Shown: in pieces, positions 63,280 to 64,000 of the stretch
Numbering within the stretch: position 1 is the first letter of the stretch
Layout: each line of letters starts with the position of its first letter
Source: Mobula hypostoma
Lineage: Eukaryota
Length of the DNA: 64,000 bases
Direction: 5' to 3'
NCBI RefSeq assembly: GCF_963921235.1
Contig: NC_086100.1
Coordinates: 199,456,001-199,520,000, forward strand
Translations under genes and position numbers: made by a program
Notes under the pieces: generated by a model
What the model was told of the DNA's origin: nothing
The model's database searches: none
The model's input: the letters and a program-made list of their open reading frames with translations, nothing else

Positions 63280-64000
63280 AAACATTGCTATGTGCTGCCA
63301 GAGTGAAGGGTCTCCTTGAAAACCTGCCTGGATACGATCAATACCGATCATTGAAAACTCACCATTTACAGAGTTTTGGACTGTTGGAGTCTGAGTGCAC
63401 CAACAGTTGTTTTCCTCACCCAGCCACGGTGACGCTCAGCCATCAGAGCGAATGGATCACATGTTATCCCTCCTGAGCAATCACCATCCTTGTTTTAATT
63501 TCAAACAACTCTTCACGCAGAAAATGCCGAAACAAGTTTGCTGAGCCCCAGCTAATACACCTGTGGAGGACGAAAGGGAGCTTGTTAATATGGCTGAGAG
63601 TCTACACTCAGCTTTCTCTACCTCAATAAGCCCAGTCAGCCAGCCCCCAGCTTAAGGACCCCCGTGGCTGCGAAACAGACAATGCCAGGCCTGTGTTTTT
63701 ACCTCGCTTGTTTTGGTATGGACACCAGAAAGTGCCAACTGCCTGGCAGCTTTGACAGTGCCAGCGCATCTGGACGTTGGAGGTCTGTGAACACAGTGGG
63801 TTCCAGCTGCCAGGGATGTTTACTGTTCATTACAGACACAAATTCGGGGCGATGTTTCCTGTGTGACACAGGAGCTCAAGTGAATGTGCTGCCAGTATCA
63901 CTTATTGATCAGATGGCAAAGAGCAACGAAATACATTGGAGTTTGCCAACGGCAGCAGGATCCAAACCTATGGGACATCGGGGTCAATGTTGGGACTGCT
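63280..64000 (+). mobile_element. Decayed Gypsy gag-protease region
   Basis: LLENLPGYDQYRSLKTH..FGLLESE (gag); LCFY..FG..RKC; FLCDTGAQVNVLP and ANGSRIQTYG (aspartic protease). Confidence 0.75.

Overview
Repeat-saturated vertebrate genomic DNA, most likely a cartilaginous fish (inferred from HE1/V-SINE-like SINEs plus very abundant CR1). It is not prokaryotic, and almost every long ORF in the track is transposon-derived. Host-gene content is small: the first coding exon of a minus-strand retinol-dehydrogenase-like SDR gene (8137-8323, CpG-rich), two plus-strand 3' exons of a degenerate SPEF1-like gene (29410-29512, 33125-33217), and one orphan candidate exon. The rest is nested mobile DNA: many CR1 LINEs, a near-full-length L1, RTE, Rex1/Babar, two HERO-like REL-endonuclease elements, Neptune-type Penelope-like elements (PLEs), a solo LTR, an ERV-L-like gag remnant, Gypsy gag-protease, hAT, Tc1 derivatives and a non-autonomous Helitron. 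The most striking signals are: (1) a minimal hammerhead-ribozyme motif (agtc-CTGAYGA-stem-GAAAC-GTC-gact) in the PLE 3' ends, recurring many times; (2) PLE insertions built as palindromes with 12-16 bp target-site duplications and a 34-35 nt tail on only one arm; (3) two HERO-like copies joined to almost the same site of CR1 ORF2. Coordinates were read by eye and element boundaries are approximate unless a TSD or splice site is given.
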